Below, one piece after another: positions 1 to 13,000 of a DNA stretch of 64,000 bases. Origin of the DNA: Ranitomeya imitator (Eukaryota); the NCBI RefSeq assembly GCF_032444005.1, contig NC_091285.1, positions 268,956,001 to 269,020,000 of the forward strand. The letters run 5' to 3'. Every line of letters starts with the position of its first letter. Position 1 is the stretch's first letter. The notes below the pieces were generated by a model, which had not been told where the DNA came from, did no database searches, and saw nothing but the letters and a program-made list of their open reading frames with translations. Made by a program: the position numbers and the translations under genes.

Positions 1-444
1 CATGAAAGTTATAATGGATTGTCTTTTCTTTTTTTTTCTAGGTTAAGTGGTGTTTGCCATATTCTGGCTTAGAACATTTGTGGAATAGGATTTAGCACTA
101 TACTGAAATGTGAACCAACACTGCCTCTGCAAAACCACCTAATGGTTACAAACACTTTCTGAAAGATAGCGATTACATAAATGTACTCTTGGCAATACAT
201 ACCTGTTCACTGGTATACTCCTGGTGACTACTGCATTAAGCTTCAGGAGGGCTTGCCAAGGGCAAATTATGTTATTATAGCTAAAGGGAGAGTATTTTGA
301 GGAATCTACAATTTATCACACACTCTGCTTTGTTTCACACTTATTTCTTTACTTCTTGTCTCCTAATGTGTTCTTGATTTTTTGGCCTTCAGTCTGAATT
401 TGTAATGTACATGTTCCAATAATAACATAAAAACCATTGCATGA

Positions 445-475
445 ACTGGTGTCTCCAAACTTTTGACCGGCACTG
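445..475. mobile_element. Terminal inverted repeat of a Tc1-like element
   Basis: Reverse complement reads TA|CAGTGCCGGTCAAAAGTTTGGAGACACC, a typical Tc1 end with flanking TA. Confidence 0.6.
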
Positions 476-491
476 TATAAATGTATAAATA

Positions 492-1265
492 CACTCATCA
501 ACATTGAAATTAAAACATCAAAAAGGAAAATGGTGGGGAGTATTATTAAGTCCCACTGTTGGACCTTGTACTCGGTTATCCCTTTCCCCGAACATTTAGG
601 ATGTCATTTGTTGTGTATCAAAAAGGAAAAGTATTGAATCTATAAAAATAGCAGGATTGAAAGACATGTCAGCGATCTACAAATCATAAAAAAATGGAAA
701 CAAAATTTTCAATGCATCTTGATTTATTGAGTATTGAGTATTGACAATGAGCTCCATGTGCAGATATACTGTACATGCACTTACATGCCTTGGCATGTCA
801 TTAATGAGGTTATTCATGGTTCCCTGAGGAGTGTTCTGCCATGCTGAATTCATTTGGGAACGCATATCATCAAGATCCCCTGCTGGCAGTTACATTTGCA
901 ATTTTCAAACAATGAAGTTCCAGAAGTTGTTGATGGGAGACGAGTCTGGAGACTCTGCATGCCATGGTACCACATCCAGGCCATAGACTGCTCACAGTAG
1001 CATAAGCAATATGGCGCTATTGGGTTGAAAAACAGCTCCTGGGGCACTTTGGAGAAATGACTTTACCATTAATTCTACAACCAAATCAATGGAACACAGA
1101 GCCGTTAGCATACCTGGGATGAAGACTACAGAGGTCTCGCTACCTCACATTATGCCAGCACACATCAAAATCCCTCTGTTCCCTCTGAAAGTCTCTTCAA
1201 GGCGCTGCCAACATGGTCTTCTCAAATTCAAATAATGGCACCTTCTGATCTATTGTGTAAGTGAA
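492..1265 (-). mobile_element. Degraded, internally deleted Tc1-like element
   Basis: Minus strand gives PWHAESPDSSPI and AWQNTPQGTMNNLINDMPRHV (Tc1 C-terminus). TIR-like TA|CACTCATCAACATTGAAA at 490. Confidence 0.65.
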
Positions 1266-1290
1266 ATTAGCTGTTGCATACTAAGCCTAA

Positions 1291-1991
1291 AGGTACCTTC
1301 ACACTGAGTGACGCTGCAGCGATACCGACAATGATGTCGATCGCTGCAGCGTCGCTGTTTGGTCGCTGGAGAGCTGTCACACAGACAGCTCTCCAGCGAC
1401 CAACGATGCCGGTAACCAGGGTAAACATCGGGTTACTAAGCGCAGGGCGTTTACCAGCGTAAATGTTAAAAAAACAAACATTACATACTTACATTCCGCT
1501 GTCTGTCCTCCGGCGCTCTGCTTTCCTCTGCACTGTCAGCGCCGGTCAGCCGGAAAGCAGAGTGGTGACGTCACCGCTCTGCTTTCTGGCTGGCTGGCGC
1601 TGACACAGGATGCAGGAGGAGTGCAGAGAAGCACAGTGCCGGAGACAGACAGCTGAAGGTAAGTATGTAGTGTTTGTTTTTTTAACGTTTATGCTGGTAA
1701 CCAGGGTAAACATCGGGTTACTAAGCGCGGCCCTGCGCTTAGTAACCCGATGTTTACCCTGGTTACCAGTGAAGACATCGCTGGATCGGCGTCACACACG
1801 CCGATCCAGCGATGTCAGCGGGAGATCCAGCGACGAAATAAAGTTCTGGACTTTCCTCAGCGACCAACGATCTCCCAGCAGGGGCCTGATCGTTGGTCGC
1901 TGTCACACATAACGATTTCCTTAACGATATCGTTGCTACGTCACAAAAAGCAACGATATCGTTAACGATATAGTTATGTGTGACGGTACCT
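1291..1991. mobile_element. MITE with TAA target duplication (PIF/Harbinger-like)
   Basis: TAA|AGGTACCTTCACAC ... GTGTGACGGTACCT|TAA, with internal inverted repeats including a 35-bp perfect hairpin at 1694-1769. Confidence 0.75.
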
Positions 1992-1994
1992 TAA

Positions 1995-2651
1995 GGAGCC
2001 AAACAGTGTCTACGCAATCTATAAGAAAGTGTTTACATGACATTGTGCTTAGAGCCAGACTTTGACCTATACATGTTCCACTGAAGGCTAGAAAGGAGGA
2101 CTATCCACCTCAGTGATGAACTATGCTTTTGTCTTGGAGCTAATGATAGCCCAAGATTAGTCTGGAGTCTATGTGGATAAAGCCATGAAGAGGCATTTAC
2201 AAAGGAATGTAATAGCGTCTCATGAGCTGTTTTGCAACATGACAATTCCAGGATGCATGTTTCTCATGCTACGGTAAGCAGCATGGCTTAATCGTAATAA
2301 ATGTCTCGGGAGATGTCTCCCATCGAGCACATCTGAGACGTTTTTGGTTGGTAATTCTAAAGGTAGCTGCCAGCAGAGGATATTTATGATTTGCATGTGC
2401 ATGTGCATTCAGCGTGGCAAAACATTCCTCAGACACCCATTAATAGCCTCATTGATAGCATGCAAAGGCATGTAATTGTGTGTATTTCTTCGCCTGGTGC
2501 TCATAATTGATGCTGACAAAGTGAGATGTTTTGAAAATGTTGCTTCCGTTTTTTTAATAATTGTATATAATTAACATGTCTATAAAATATGTGATTTTCA
2601 TAATTCCTCTGCTTCCCCTTCTTGGTGTTACACTTTCATTGTTGACAAGTG
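1995..2651 (+). mobile_element. Degraded Tc1-like 3' half, same family as 492-1265
   Basis: LQHDNSRMH, SPIEHI and AWQNIPQTPINSLIDSMQRHV remnants. Ends GTTGACAAGTG|TA, homologous to the TIR at 492. Confidence 0.65.
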
Positions 2652-2768
2652 TATATACTGTGTAACAATTGGGCAATAATATGGAAGAACTATAAAACTA
2701 ATTTTTAGCATGAGTATATAAATGTACATTCAAATCCAAGATGTAAGGAAAATGTGACAGGAACTTAC

Positions 2769-2836
2769 TATTTATAACTCATGGCCACATCCACAAAGTA
2801 TTTCCTTCTTTGTCGATATACGTTGTCTTTAAATCC
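2769..2836 (-). CDS. tph2: tph2 exon 5 equivalent, 68 bp
   Basis: ctttaaag|GGATTTAAAGAC...TATAAATA|gtaagt. Translates [22 protein letters not shown](Y). Too short for the ORF track; found by reading. Confidence 0.96.
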
Positions 2837-3187
2837 CTTTAAAGAAAAACAGTCAAGCTGAGTACAGTAATATACACAAAAGAAATCATTAGAGGAATAA
2901 AACATATAAAGAAATCTATCTATACACTATATGCATGGATGGCCATGTAATTATCACAGATCACTGGAGCAATGTGGTTGAATGGTCTTAACTAACACAG
3001 GATTGTAATTAAACTCCAAGGTAATCTATAATATCTATGGTTGTAACGGTGTTTTGATAATAAATATTCATGGTGCTATCAATCATTATGATCTTAGCTA
3101 CATTTTTCGTGTAACCTAGGCTTGTGTATACTGTATATAAACTTTATAGACAAATATAGCAAATCCATAGTATACGTGTAACCAATG

Positions 3188-3519
3188 CAGGGCCGGACTG
3201 GCCATTTGGCAATTCTGACAAATGCCAGAAGGGCCTGTCTAGTCATGGGCTGCCTTGTGTGCTACGTTGTTACCAGAATCAATGTTCTCATGACACCCAT
3301 ACTGTTAACCGTTGTGACGGAGCACAAAGCCATTCACTCCATCACTTACTTCAGCATGCCGTGGGTATCATTAGAAATATTGGTCTTGTAGTAAATCTTC
3401 CTTTCCCTCATCCAGGGTAATATTAGTAATGTATCCCATTTGGTTATTGGGGACGGTGACACCGTGGGCCTGTGTGATTTCAAATGCCAGGGCTGAATTT
3501 CATCCCCAGTCCGTACCTG
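3188..3519. mobile_element. hAT-type MITE
   Basis: TIR CAGGGCCGGACTGG ... CCAGTCCGTACCTG with a perfect 8-bp TSD AACCAATG. Confidence 0.85.
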
Positions 3520-3726
3520 AACCAATGACTGTGGTTGCCTTTCATTTCTAGACTCCCAAGTAGAAATGTGACCAATGAAAACATTTGTATGTAGTTTGCA
3601 CGTTCTCAACATGTTTGCACAGATTGTCTGCTTCCCTTTCACACGCCAAAAACATATGTTGTTAGAAATCGTATGCCCGAGAAGTAGAAAAATTAGATTG
3701 TAAAGACCCCATATAGATTAGCTTAA

Positions 3727-4139
3727 AGGGCACCTGTCACCAGGTTTGAACGATATGCGACAAGGCCATCACCTTTCAGGCCTGAAATAAAGCATTCTAT
3801 AATGCTGCATACATGCACACAACCCAACCTGCAACTTCCGGTTAGGTGGTCCAGTCCGATGGGTGTCGCTGGTCTTGGTCCGGCACCTCCACCTCCCTTC
3901 TTCTTGCCATGCCGTCCTCCTTCTTGCATCATATGGGTGACGCATCCCTACATCATCCACACAGTCTCTCCAACATCACGCTCCTGCTAGGCGTACTTCT
4001 CTGTCCTGACGAGGGCAGAGCAAAGTACTGCAGTGCACAGGTGCCAGGAAAGGTCAAATACCATTATACAATGCTATATATCAGGCGTAAAAGGTGATGG
4101 TGTTATCTCTCATCGGTCAAACCTGGTAACATGTTTCAT
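3727..4139. mobile_element. T2/Kolobok-like TTAA MITE
   Basis: TTAA|AGGGCACCTGTCACCAGGTTTG ... CAAACCTGGTAACATGTTTCAT|TTAA. Confidence 0.7.
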
Positions 4140-7100
4140 TTAAGGTTGGATGCACACAATAATCTTGATGGGATGGACTGACAATGTAATACATACAAAG
4201 ATTTTCTGGCTCTCGATGTCTAGGAAGAAAAGACATGTTTAATTACAATGTCCATACTTTAATTTCCCCATGAGATAAGCCACCACTTGAGTTGTTTGGC
4301 ATCAGCATACTCAGCTCCCAATTGAAAACACATGTGCTCTCAAGAGTCGGCTGAGATAACTATTGGACAAACAAGGGTTAGGCCAACTAATATTTAACAT
4401 GTATGGAGACTTTAAACCCTACTGGGAACAGAGACTCATGTGTCTGGTGTCTCTGTGAGACCTGGAAATTATGTTTACCCTATATATAAAGGTGACACAC
4501 AGGCTACATATTAGCCACCCAAACTTGACTGATTGATATATAAGAGTGTTAAATTAGGAAATTAGGTTCCGGAGAGCTGCAGCCTGTGCTTGCAGTGTGG
4601 TCTTTACACAGACCAGGAGACACGGATGTCTGAATGAGGCCTAACCACACTCAGAATAATATGTTCACAAGGAGGAACAATATCATAATGCAGAAGAGTT
4701 GTTTAAAATATTGAAACATTAGAAAATCACAGCCATAAACAGCAGTCTGCATTCTGCTGAAAGATTCATAAGTCCTGGACAATTCACAAGACCCTTCAAT
4801 GGGTGTGTTTTCTTACATCATAGTGATTTTTCTATCCACTATGTACAAAATATAGATGCTAAATGATGGTTCAATTTGCCTCAATTCCTTAGCACAACAT
4901 TCCTTGTGTGTCAGTGATATTTTTCTATTTAGTCAGTCAGCGTTGGTTAAAATACACTTATGCCTAAGCGGACTTAGAAAGTCCTTTAGATGTACTTGAG
5001 GAAAGGGTTGATAATCTCTGTTAAATCACACTAAAGTAAACTTACCCGCGTGGAGTAGTGTGAGAAATTGTTGTAAATGGGTTATAAAACATCAACGGTA
5101 TTATAATAATACAAGCTTTATTTCTACACGGCATGGAAATTTCTCTGTAAGCAGAACTTTAAGTAAAAACAGTTCCAGTGAAACCTTTCCATTTTTATGT
5201 CTCCTCAGATTAGGATGTCAAGTGATTTAACTGCATTATAAACTATGAAATATCACAGCAAATTTGAGAAAAGTCTGTTTTTGTTATTTAAGGGTATTGC
5301 TCATATACGGTGCCGTTTTTCAGAGCTGTAAAAGAAACACATACAGGGGTTTAAAATGTGCTATAAAACACACGCACAATAAGTAGAGATGTTGTAAATG
5401 TCAGCGCTCTGCATGCATTTCTTGTTATTTGCCGAATACAAATGAGCTTTTCATTATTCGACAAAAGATGGAAGATATCAATCTTAATTTGCACCCCTTT
5501 TATTTTCCAGATGTTGCAGGCAGCAAAAAATATCCGCTGAAAAGGAAATTGCCACTCTGCGGATGAAATTAAATTCCGATAAGCCAGTCCACTTCAAAGT
5601 GCTGACATGTTTGAAGCTGAACATCGGGAACGCATCTCTCCGTTTTGTATATTCTTGAAGAAAACCATTCTGCTCTTTTAAGTACCGCTGTAAACCGGCC
5701 TAATGGAATTGGACAGTAAATATATAGTTTCCCAGTATCTTCCACACAGCGCAGGGTAGGGAATAAATGTTGGTTTAAATGATTGGTGGTATTATCCCGA
5801 GGGGTCTAACCAGTCCGAAGTAATTCTTGATTAAACAGAATCTGCGCCGACAGGCTGAACTGTTTATTTGGACTTTCATTAATCCACCATGATCTACAAA
5901 GATGGCAGACAGCTAAATAGTGGAGCTTATCATAGCAATCCCAATACTAATTACGGCCAGCTATAAAGTAATATTTATATGGCTCTTTGATTAATCTCCA
6001 CTTTGGACGATAATTCATCAGAAAGCCAATCTTAATAGTTGTGAAAGAAATTTCTAGACTTTTGTTGTCAGCTGAGGTAGAATTATTCCGTCGTGTTTAT
6101 GGTGGTTTATGAGGTAAAGAGCCCAGCTGCACTGTTTAAAAGCTGAGCATTTACAGCTATAACTTATAAAGCACCTTTCCTTTTCGTTTTTTTCCTCCTG
6201 CTCCAATATTCTACGGGTGAATTACAAACTTTCGCCGTTTATTGTCTGTACACCTTTGTCATGCCCTAACTCATACTAATCCTGTCAGAGGAGAGCTCGA
6301 TGAAATCACAGCTGGCATTTCCTTCAAAGCTCATTGTTTGCGGTGTTTCACAGCCATGGGTTATAATAAGCCATGCTTAGAGACCGAAGGATCAGGTGAA
6401 AATGTGATGACGGTAAAGCTGGTATATGTGATATTTATGGAAAAGGCAAGTATAACCATGAATTAGAAATGGTCCGTGCTTTTTGCCTTTAGATGTTTAG
6501 ATCTACAGAACAGTCAAATGGCTGACAGACATCAACATTCTGTGCTTCATGGTTTCTTCTATCAAATGCTCTGCATATCTGACATAGTATTGTTACTAAT
6601 TTACATAAGGATTATATCTAACAGCAAAGTATTCTAGACATGTATACATGATATAAAAAAGGAAGCCTCCTGGTATGACAATATGGAATCCACACTATTA
6701 TTCTATAGTTCAATGACCACAAGGTTTGTCATTTGGCTTATTTTGCATGATCAAACTGTCTAGAGATTAATAAAGACAGGGGATCACTTGCCACACAGCC
6801 CATGATGCCATTTTATGAAGAACATTTTATGTGGTATGCAATGTCATTTTACACTGAATCTCAATGATTCAAAGGACAAGCACATACTTCTAATGCAGAA
6901 AACAGAGTGCTGTATTTCCTGTATTGGACGTAGATACCAGTCCAAGTCTTTAGTGACTTCTCTCATGGATATTCCATACCTGAGAGAAGCAGGAGCTGTG
7001 TGCCACATAGGAACAGAGTTAGCCATTTACTAATAGAACTGTGTGTGGTTGACATTGTTACAAGGGGCAATGTGTGACTGGCACTGTTTACTTGACTTCC

Positions 7101-7255
7101 TTGAAGGGAATTCATCATTAAGATCACACCTCTGGAACAATCTATATGGTACATAGGTCATAGAAAGATACATTAATTTATACGTCATATCCAAAACATG
7201 TTGAATTATTAAGAGAAATCCATGCTTTATTAATATGCATAATAGTAGGCTTTAA

Positions 7256-8081
7256 CCCCTTAACCCACTGAGCTTTTTTCGGTTTTGGGTTTTCGTATTT
7301 CGCTCCCCATTATCCCAGAGCCATAACTTTTTTATTTTTCTATCAATATGGCCATGTGTCGGCTTGTTTTTTTGTGGGTTGAGTTGTTCTTTTGAACAAC
7401 ACCATTGGTTTTACCATGTCATGTACTAGAAAACGGTAAAAAAAAATCCAAGTGCGGTGAAATTGCAAAAAAAGTGCAATCACACACTTGTTTCTTGTTT
7501 GGCTTTTTTACTAGGTTCACTAACTGACCTGCCATTATGATTCTCCAGGTCATTACAAGTTTATTGACACCAAACATGTCTAGGTTCTTTTTTATCTAAG
7601 TGGTGAAAAAAAAATTCCAAACTTTGTTAAAAAAAAGTGCCATTTTCCGGTACTCATAGCGTCTCCACTTTTCGTGATCTCGGTTTGGGTGAGGACTTAT
7701 TTTTTGCGTGCTGAGCTGATGTTTTCAACGATACCATATTGGTGCAGATTTTGATCTTTTGATCGCCCATATAGGGGACTCCAGGAGACCTCAGGATGTC
7801 ATGCCAACACACCAATAACCCATGATCACGTGACGGGGTCACCGGTGTGCGTATTTACGGCCCGATGGCCGGAAGTGCGATTTAAATGCCTCTGTCAGAG
7901 ATTGACAGTGGCATTTAGCTGGTTAATAGCAGCAGGTGGATCGCGATTCCACCCACGGATATTGTGGGCTTTTCAAAACAGCTGACATGTCCCCAGAAAG
8001 ATGTGGGCTCACCGCCGGAGCCCACATCAAAGGGAGGAAGTCCATTATAGGCGTAAATGTATGCCCGATGTCAGAAAGGGG
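7256..8081. mobile_element. piggyBac-like non-autonomous element
   Basis: TTAA|CCCCTT ... AAGGGG|TTAA. Body is similar to 40133-41177 and 63650-64000. Confidence 0.7.
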
Positions 8082-8279
8082 TTAAGTAGTCTCAGGGAGA
8101 GAGTGCTTCCAGAGAGACTGTCTCCTTAGTTTGTTTCCATGGTTAGCAATGCCTCTATATGCAAATTTATCCCTCACTATATGTGTGTAATCCATTCATC
8201 AAATATTAGAAGTGTGCAGATTGCCATTCTCTTTGCTTCTCCATAGTGTTCTGCCCTTTGGTGGGTACTGGCTCTCAGC

Positions 8280-8955
8280 GGTCATGACTCTCTTGTCATT
8301 TATCCCGGGACCAGGGGCTCCTTCCCTGTCCCTAATGCTATGGTTGGCCTAGCTTGCCCTGCTTCCCTGATTACTTCTGATAGTGAAGATGCCGGTGACA
8401 CGTACCTTGCCTTAGCTCCCGAATCCGCCCTCAGTCTGTACAGTTGCCCCACCCAGGGGAGACGTAATGTACAATAATACCCCAACCAGACTAACAAGGT
8501 AATACAAACAGGGACAAAGGAAAATACCAATCATACAAATATACTCAACATAAATAAAAGAGGTAAACACTGGGAGTGGAGGATGGGGAAAAAAACAAAG
8601 TAGGAGAAGAAGGGGATTAGCACACATCCAAAGCCTTCTCAAATGCCTTCTCAAACATCTACAGCAAACCACCATCTCCTAACAATGCAGGATGAAGTTT
8701 TCTGGCAATGAGTGCTTGCCAGGACCCAAATTATATAGGAAATGGGAGTGGCTAACAGTGAACAGCTGAGAGCCTTAATGCAGGAAAGCTTCCAAGAGCT
8801 CTCAATTAAGCACTGCTAAAAGAAACCTGCACCATTTAATATGAAGGTGAAGTGCTTCTAATCAGTACAAGAGTAGGAGAAATCAGACACTGCGGTCTTC
8901 TGGCTCCTCTGTATCCTGATGACAAAGTTCTCTGTCACGCCTAGAGCACGTAACA
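8280..8955 (-). mobile_element. Probable old solo LTR
   Basis: Minus strand starts TGTTACG and has a TATATAA; the other end is gtcatgac-like. No clean TSD. Confidence 0.4.
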
Positions 8956-9063
8956 ACTCATTGGCATACTGATTAAAAAAAACATGAATTTCTCTGGAAT
9001 AAGAAAACGGATCATGGATATCAATATATAGGAGAAATTATATTAATGATAGATACCCTTTAA

Positions 9064-9380
9064 AGGAACTCTGTCACCTGAATTTGGAGGGAACAATCTT
9101 CAACCATAGAGGCGGGGTTTTCAGGTGTTTGATTCACCCTTTCCTTACCTGCTGGCTGCAATATTGGATTGAAGTTCATTCTATGTCCTCCGTAGTAAAC
9201 GCCTGCGCAAGGCAATCTTGCCTTGCGCAGGCGTGTACTATGGAGGACAGAGAATGAACTTCAATCCAATATTGCAGCCAGCATGCAGCCAGCGGGTAAG
9301 GAAAGGGTGAATCAAACACCCGAAAACTCCACCTCTATGGCTGAAGATTGCTCCCTCCAAATTCAGGTGACAGAATCCCT
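9064..9380. mobile_element. Fully palindromic T2/Kolobok-like MITE
   Basis: TTAA|AGGAACTCTGTCACCTG ... CAGGTGACAGAATCCCT|TTAA. Near-perfect fold-back centred on gcgcaaggcaatcttgccttgcgc. Confidence 0.85.
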
Positions 9381-10034
9381 TTAAGGCTACATTCTTACAA
9401 AGAGCTTTTGATGAGTTTTTGATATTCTAGGTTTTCTACAGCTTTTCAGCCCCTATTATGTAAATTCAGTTACTTGCATTTCTTCTTTGAAATTTGCAGT
9501 GCTTTTTTCCCATGCATTTTTATATCGTTTTTGATGCTGTTTTCTTTTTAATCTTTATTTGGCATGTCATTTTTTAAGCAACGCTGTTGTGCTTTCAATA
9601 CTTTCTAGTATTTGACTTTGACAATACTTTATTGATATAAGTCATGTGTCAATTATGTGCACTTTTAGTGCATTTACACAGAGAAAATGTACACAACAAA
9701 TGCATATGAGTTTTTAACCTGCAGATTTTCTGCATCTAGTGCATTTCTATGGTTAAAATCCGTGCATAAAACTCAGCATACCAACAAGAAAGAATGACAT
9801 GTTGTGGATTTGAAACAGGCACAGTAGGTGAGTTTACGATGTGTAAAAGAAAAGCACAGTGAGCTTGAGACTTATGTAAATCTCATTCACTATGCTGGAA
9901 CGCAAAATTGTTACAAACATTTCACAAACTTAAAATTCCAGAATCAATGGAGAATTAGGCCGGGATCACACATGCGAGAAAGATGGCCGACTCTCGCATG
10001 TTAATACCCGACACTGCTGCCTGCACTCCGGAGC

Positions 10035-13000
10035 TGTTGTGAATTCTGTGGCAGAGCTCCCTCCTGTGGTCACAAGTGGTACTTCGGCTGATTCTCTCTG
10101 TGAGCTTCCGTTGGTGGAGGAGAGTGGTACTGCGGCTTCTGAGTTTCCTTCCCCAGGTGATGTGGTGAAGTCGTTAGGTGCTGCTCTATTTAACTCCACC
10201 TAGTGCTTTGATCCTGGCCTCCAGTCAATGTTCTAGTATTGGACCTGTTTCCTCCTGGATCGTTCCTGTGGCCTGCTGCTCTGCATAGCTAAGTTCCGCT
10301 TTTGCTATTTGTTTGCTGTTTTTTTCTGTCCAGCTTGCTATTTGTTTTTTCTTGCTTGCTGGAAGCTCTGGGACGCAGAGGGTGTACCTCCGTGCCGTTA
10401 GTTCGGTACGGAGGGTCTTTTTGCCCCCTTTGCGTGGTTGTTTGTAGGGTTTTGTGTTGACCGCAAAGTTACCTTTCCTATCCTCGCTCTGTTCAGAAAG
10501 TCGGGCCTCACTTTGCTAAATCTATTTCATCTCTACGTTTGTCTTTTCATCTTAACTCACAGTCATTATATGTGGGGGCTGCCTTTTCCTTTGGGGTATT
10601 TCTCTGTGGCAAGGTAGGCTTATTTTCTATCTTCAGGCTAGCTAGTTTCTCAGGCTGTGCCGAGTTGCATAGGGAGTTGCGTTAGACGCAATCCACGGCT
10701 GCCTCTAGTGTGGTTGGAGAGGATTAGGGATTGCGGTCAACAGAGTTCCCACGTCTCAGAGCTCGTTCTATGTTTTTGGGTTATTGTCAGGTCACTGTAT
10801 GTGCTCTGACTTCTATGTCCATTGTGGTACTGAACTACCAGATCATAACAGTACTGGAGGCCCAAAGTACTAATGATTCTCAATAGAGGGAAAAAAGAAG
10901 TTCTGAGACCATTTTTTTTTCTCTGCACTGTGTTTTGCCTTTTTTTTCCCCTAGACATTTGGGTGGTTCAGGACACAGGTGTAGCGATGGACATTAAAGG
11001 TCTGTCTTCATGTGTGGATCAGCTCACGGCAAGAGTACAAAATATTCAAGACTTTGTGGTTCAGAATTCTATGTTAGAACCGAGAATTCCTATTCCTGAT
11101 TTGTTTTTTGGAGATATAACTAAATTTCTGAGTTTCAAAAATAATTGTAAACTATTTCTGGCTTTGAAACCTCGCTCCTCTGGTGACCCAGTTCAACAAG
11201 TTAGGATCATTATTTCTTTTTTACGTGGCGACCCTCAGGACTGGGCATTTTCTCTTGCGTCAGGAGATCCTGCATTAAGTAATATCGATGCGTTTTTCCT
11301 GGCGCTCGGATTGCTGTACGATGAACCTAATTCAGTGGATCAGGCAGAGAAAAATTTGCTGGCTCTGTGTCAGGGTCAGGATGAGATAGAGGTATATTGT
11401 CAGAAATTTAGAAAGTGGTCCATACTCACTCAATGGAATGAAGGTGCGCTCGCAGCTATTTTCAGAAAGGGTCTCTCTGAAGCCCTTAAAGATGTCATGG
11501 TGGGATTTCCTATGCCTGCTGGTCTGAATGAGTCTATGTCTTTGGCCATTCAGATCGGTCGACGCTTGCGTGAGCGTAAATCTGTGCACCATTTGGCGGT
11601 ATTATCTGAGCATAAACCTCAGCCTATGCAGTGCGATAGGACTTTGACCAGAGTTGAACGGCAAGAACACAGACGTCTTAATGGGCTGTGTTTCTACTGT
11701 GGTGATTCCACTCATGCTATCTCTGATTGTCCTAAGCGCACTAAGCGGTTCGCTAGGTCTGCCACCATTGGTACGGTACAGTCAAAATTTCTTTTGTCCG
11801 TTACCTTGATCTGCTCTTTGTCATCTTATTCTGTCATGGCATTTGTGGATTCAGGCGCTGCCCTGAATTTGATGGACTTGGAGTATGCTAGGCGTTGTGG
11901 GTTTTTCTTGGAGCCCCTGCAGTGTCCTATTCCATTGAGAGGAATTGATGCTACGCCTTTGGCCAAGAATAAACCTCAGTATTGGACCCAGCTGACCATG
12001 TGCATGGCTCCTGCACATCAGGAGGTTATTCGCTTTCTGGTGTTGCATAATCTGCATGATGTGGTCGTGTTGGGGTTGCCATGGCTACAAGTCCATAATC
12101 CAGTATTAGATTGGAAATCCATGTCTGTGTCCAGCTGGGGTTGTCAGGGGGTACATGGTGATGTCCCATTTCTGTCTATTTCGTCATCCACCCCTTCTGA
12201 GGTTCCAGAGTTCTTGTCTGATTACCGGGATGTATTTGATGAGCCCAAGTCCGATACCCTACCTCCGCATAGGGATTGTGATTGTGCTATCGATTTGATT
12301 CCTGGTAGTAAATTCCCAAAGGGTAGACTGTTTAATTTATCTGTGCCTGAGCACGCCGCTATGCGGAGTTACGTGAAGGAGTCCTTGGAGAAGGGGCATA
12401 TTCGCCCGTCATCATCGCCATTAGGAGCAGGGTTCTTTTTTGTGGCCAAGAAGGATGGTTCGCTGAGACCTTGTATAGATTACCACCTTCTAAATAAGAT
12501 CACGGTTAAATTTCAGTACCCCTTGCCGTTGTTATCTGATTTGTTTGCTCGGATTAAGGGGGCTAGTTGGTTCACCAAGATAGATCTTCGTGGTGCGTAT
12601 AATCTTGTGCGTATTAAGCGAGGCGATGAATGGAAAACTGCATTTAATACGCCCGAGGGCCATTTTGAGTATCTAGTAATGCCATTCGGACTTGCCAATG
12701 CTCCATCAGTGTTTCAGTCCTTAATGCATGACATCTTCCGAGAGTACCTGGATAAATTCCTGATTGTGTACTTGGATGACATTTTGAACTTCTCGGATGA
12801 TTGGGAGTCTCATGTGAAGCAGGTCAGAACGGTGTTTCAGGTCCTGCGTGCTAATTCTTTGTTTGTGAAGGGATCAAAGTGTCTCTTTGGTGTTCAGAAG
12901 GTTTCATTTTTGGGGTTCATCTTTTCCCCTTCTACTATCGAGATGGACCCTGTTAAGGTTCAAGCCATCCATGATTGGACTCAGCCGACATCTCTGAAAA

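Noticed and set aside
1-2768. tph2 exon 6 (GQPIPRVEY)
   Set aside because: Not found in the window; it must lie beyond position 1.
5495-5580. Strong plus-strand acceptor (ttttattttccag|ATG) as a coding exon
   Set aside because: The frames close quickly and there is no homology or partner exon.
10851-10868. tRNA primer-binding site
   Set aside because: It does not begin with TGG and I recognise no tRNA 3' complement. Complementarity to the LTR explains it better.
10873-10986. N-terminal 38 codons of the listed 958-aa ORF
   Set aside because: They derive from the T-rich leader. Gag more plausibly starts at ATG 10987 (MDIKG).
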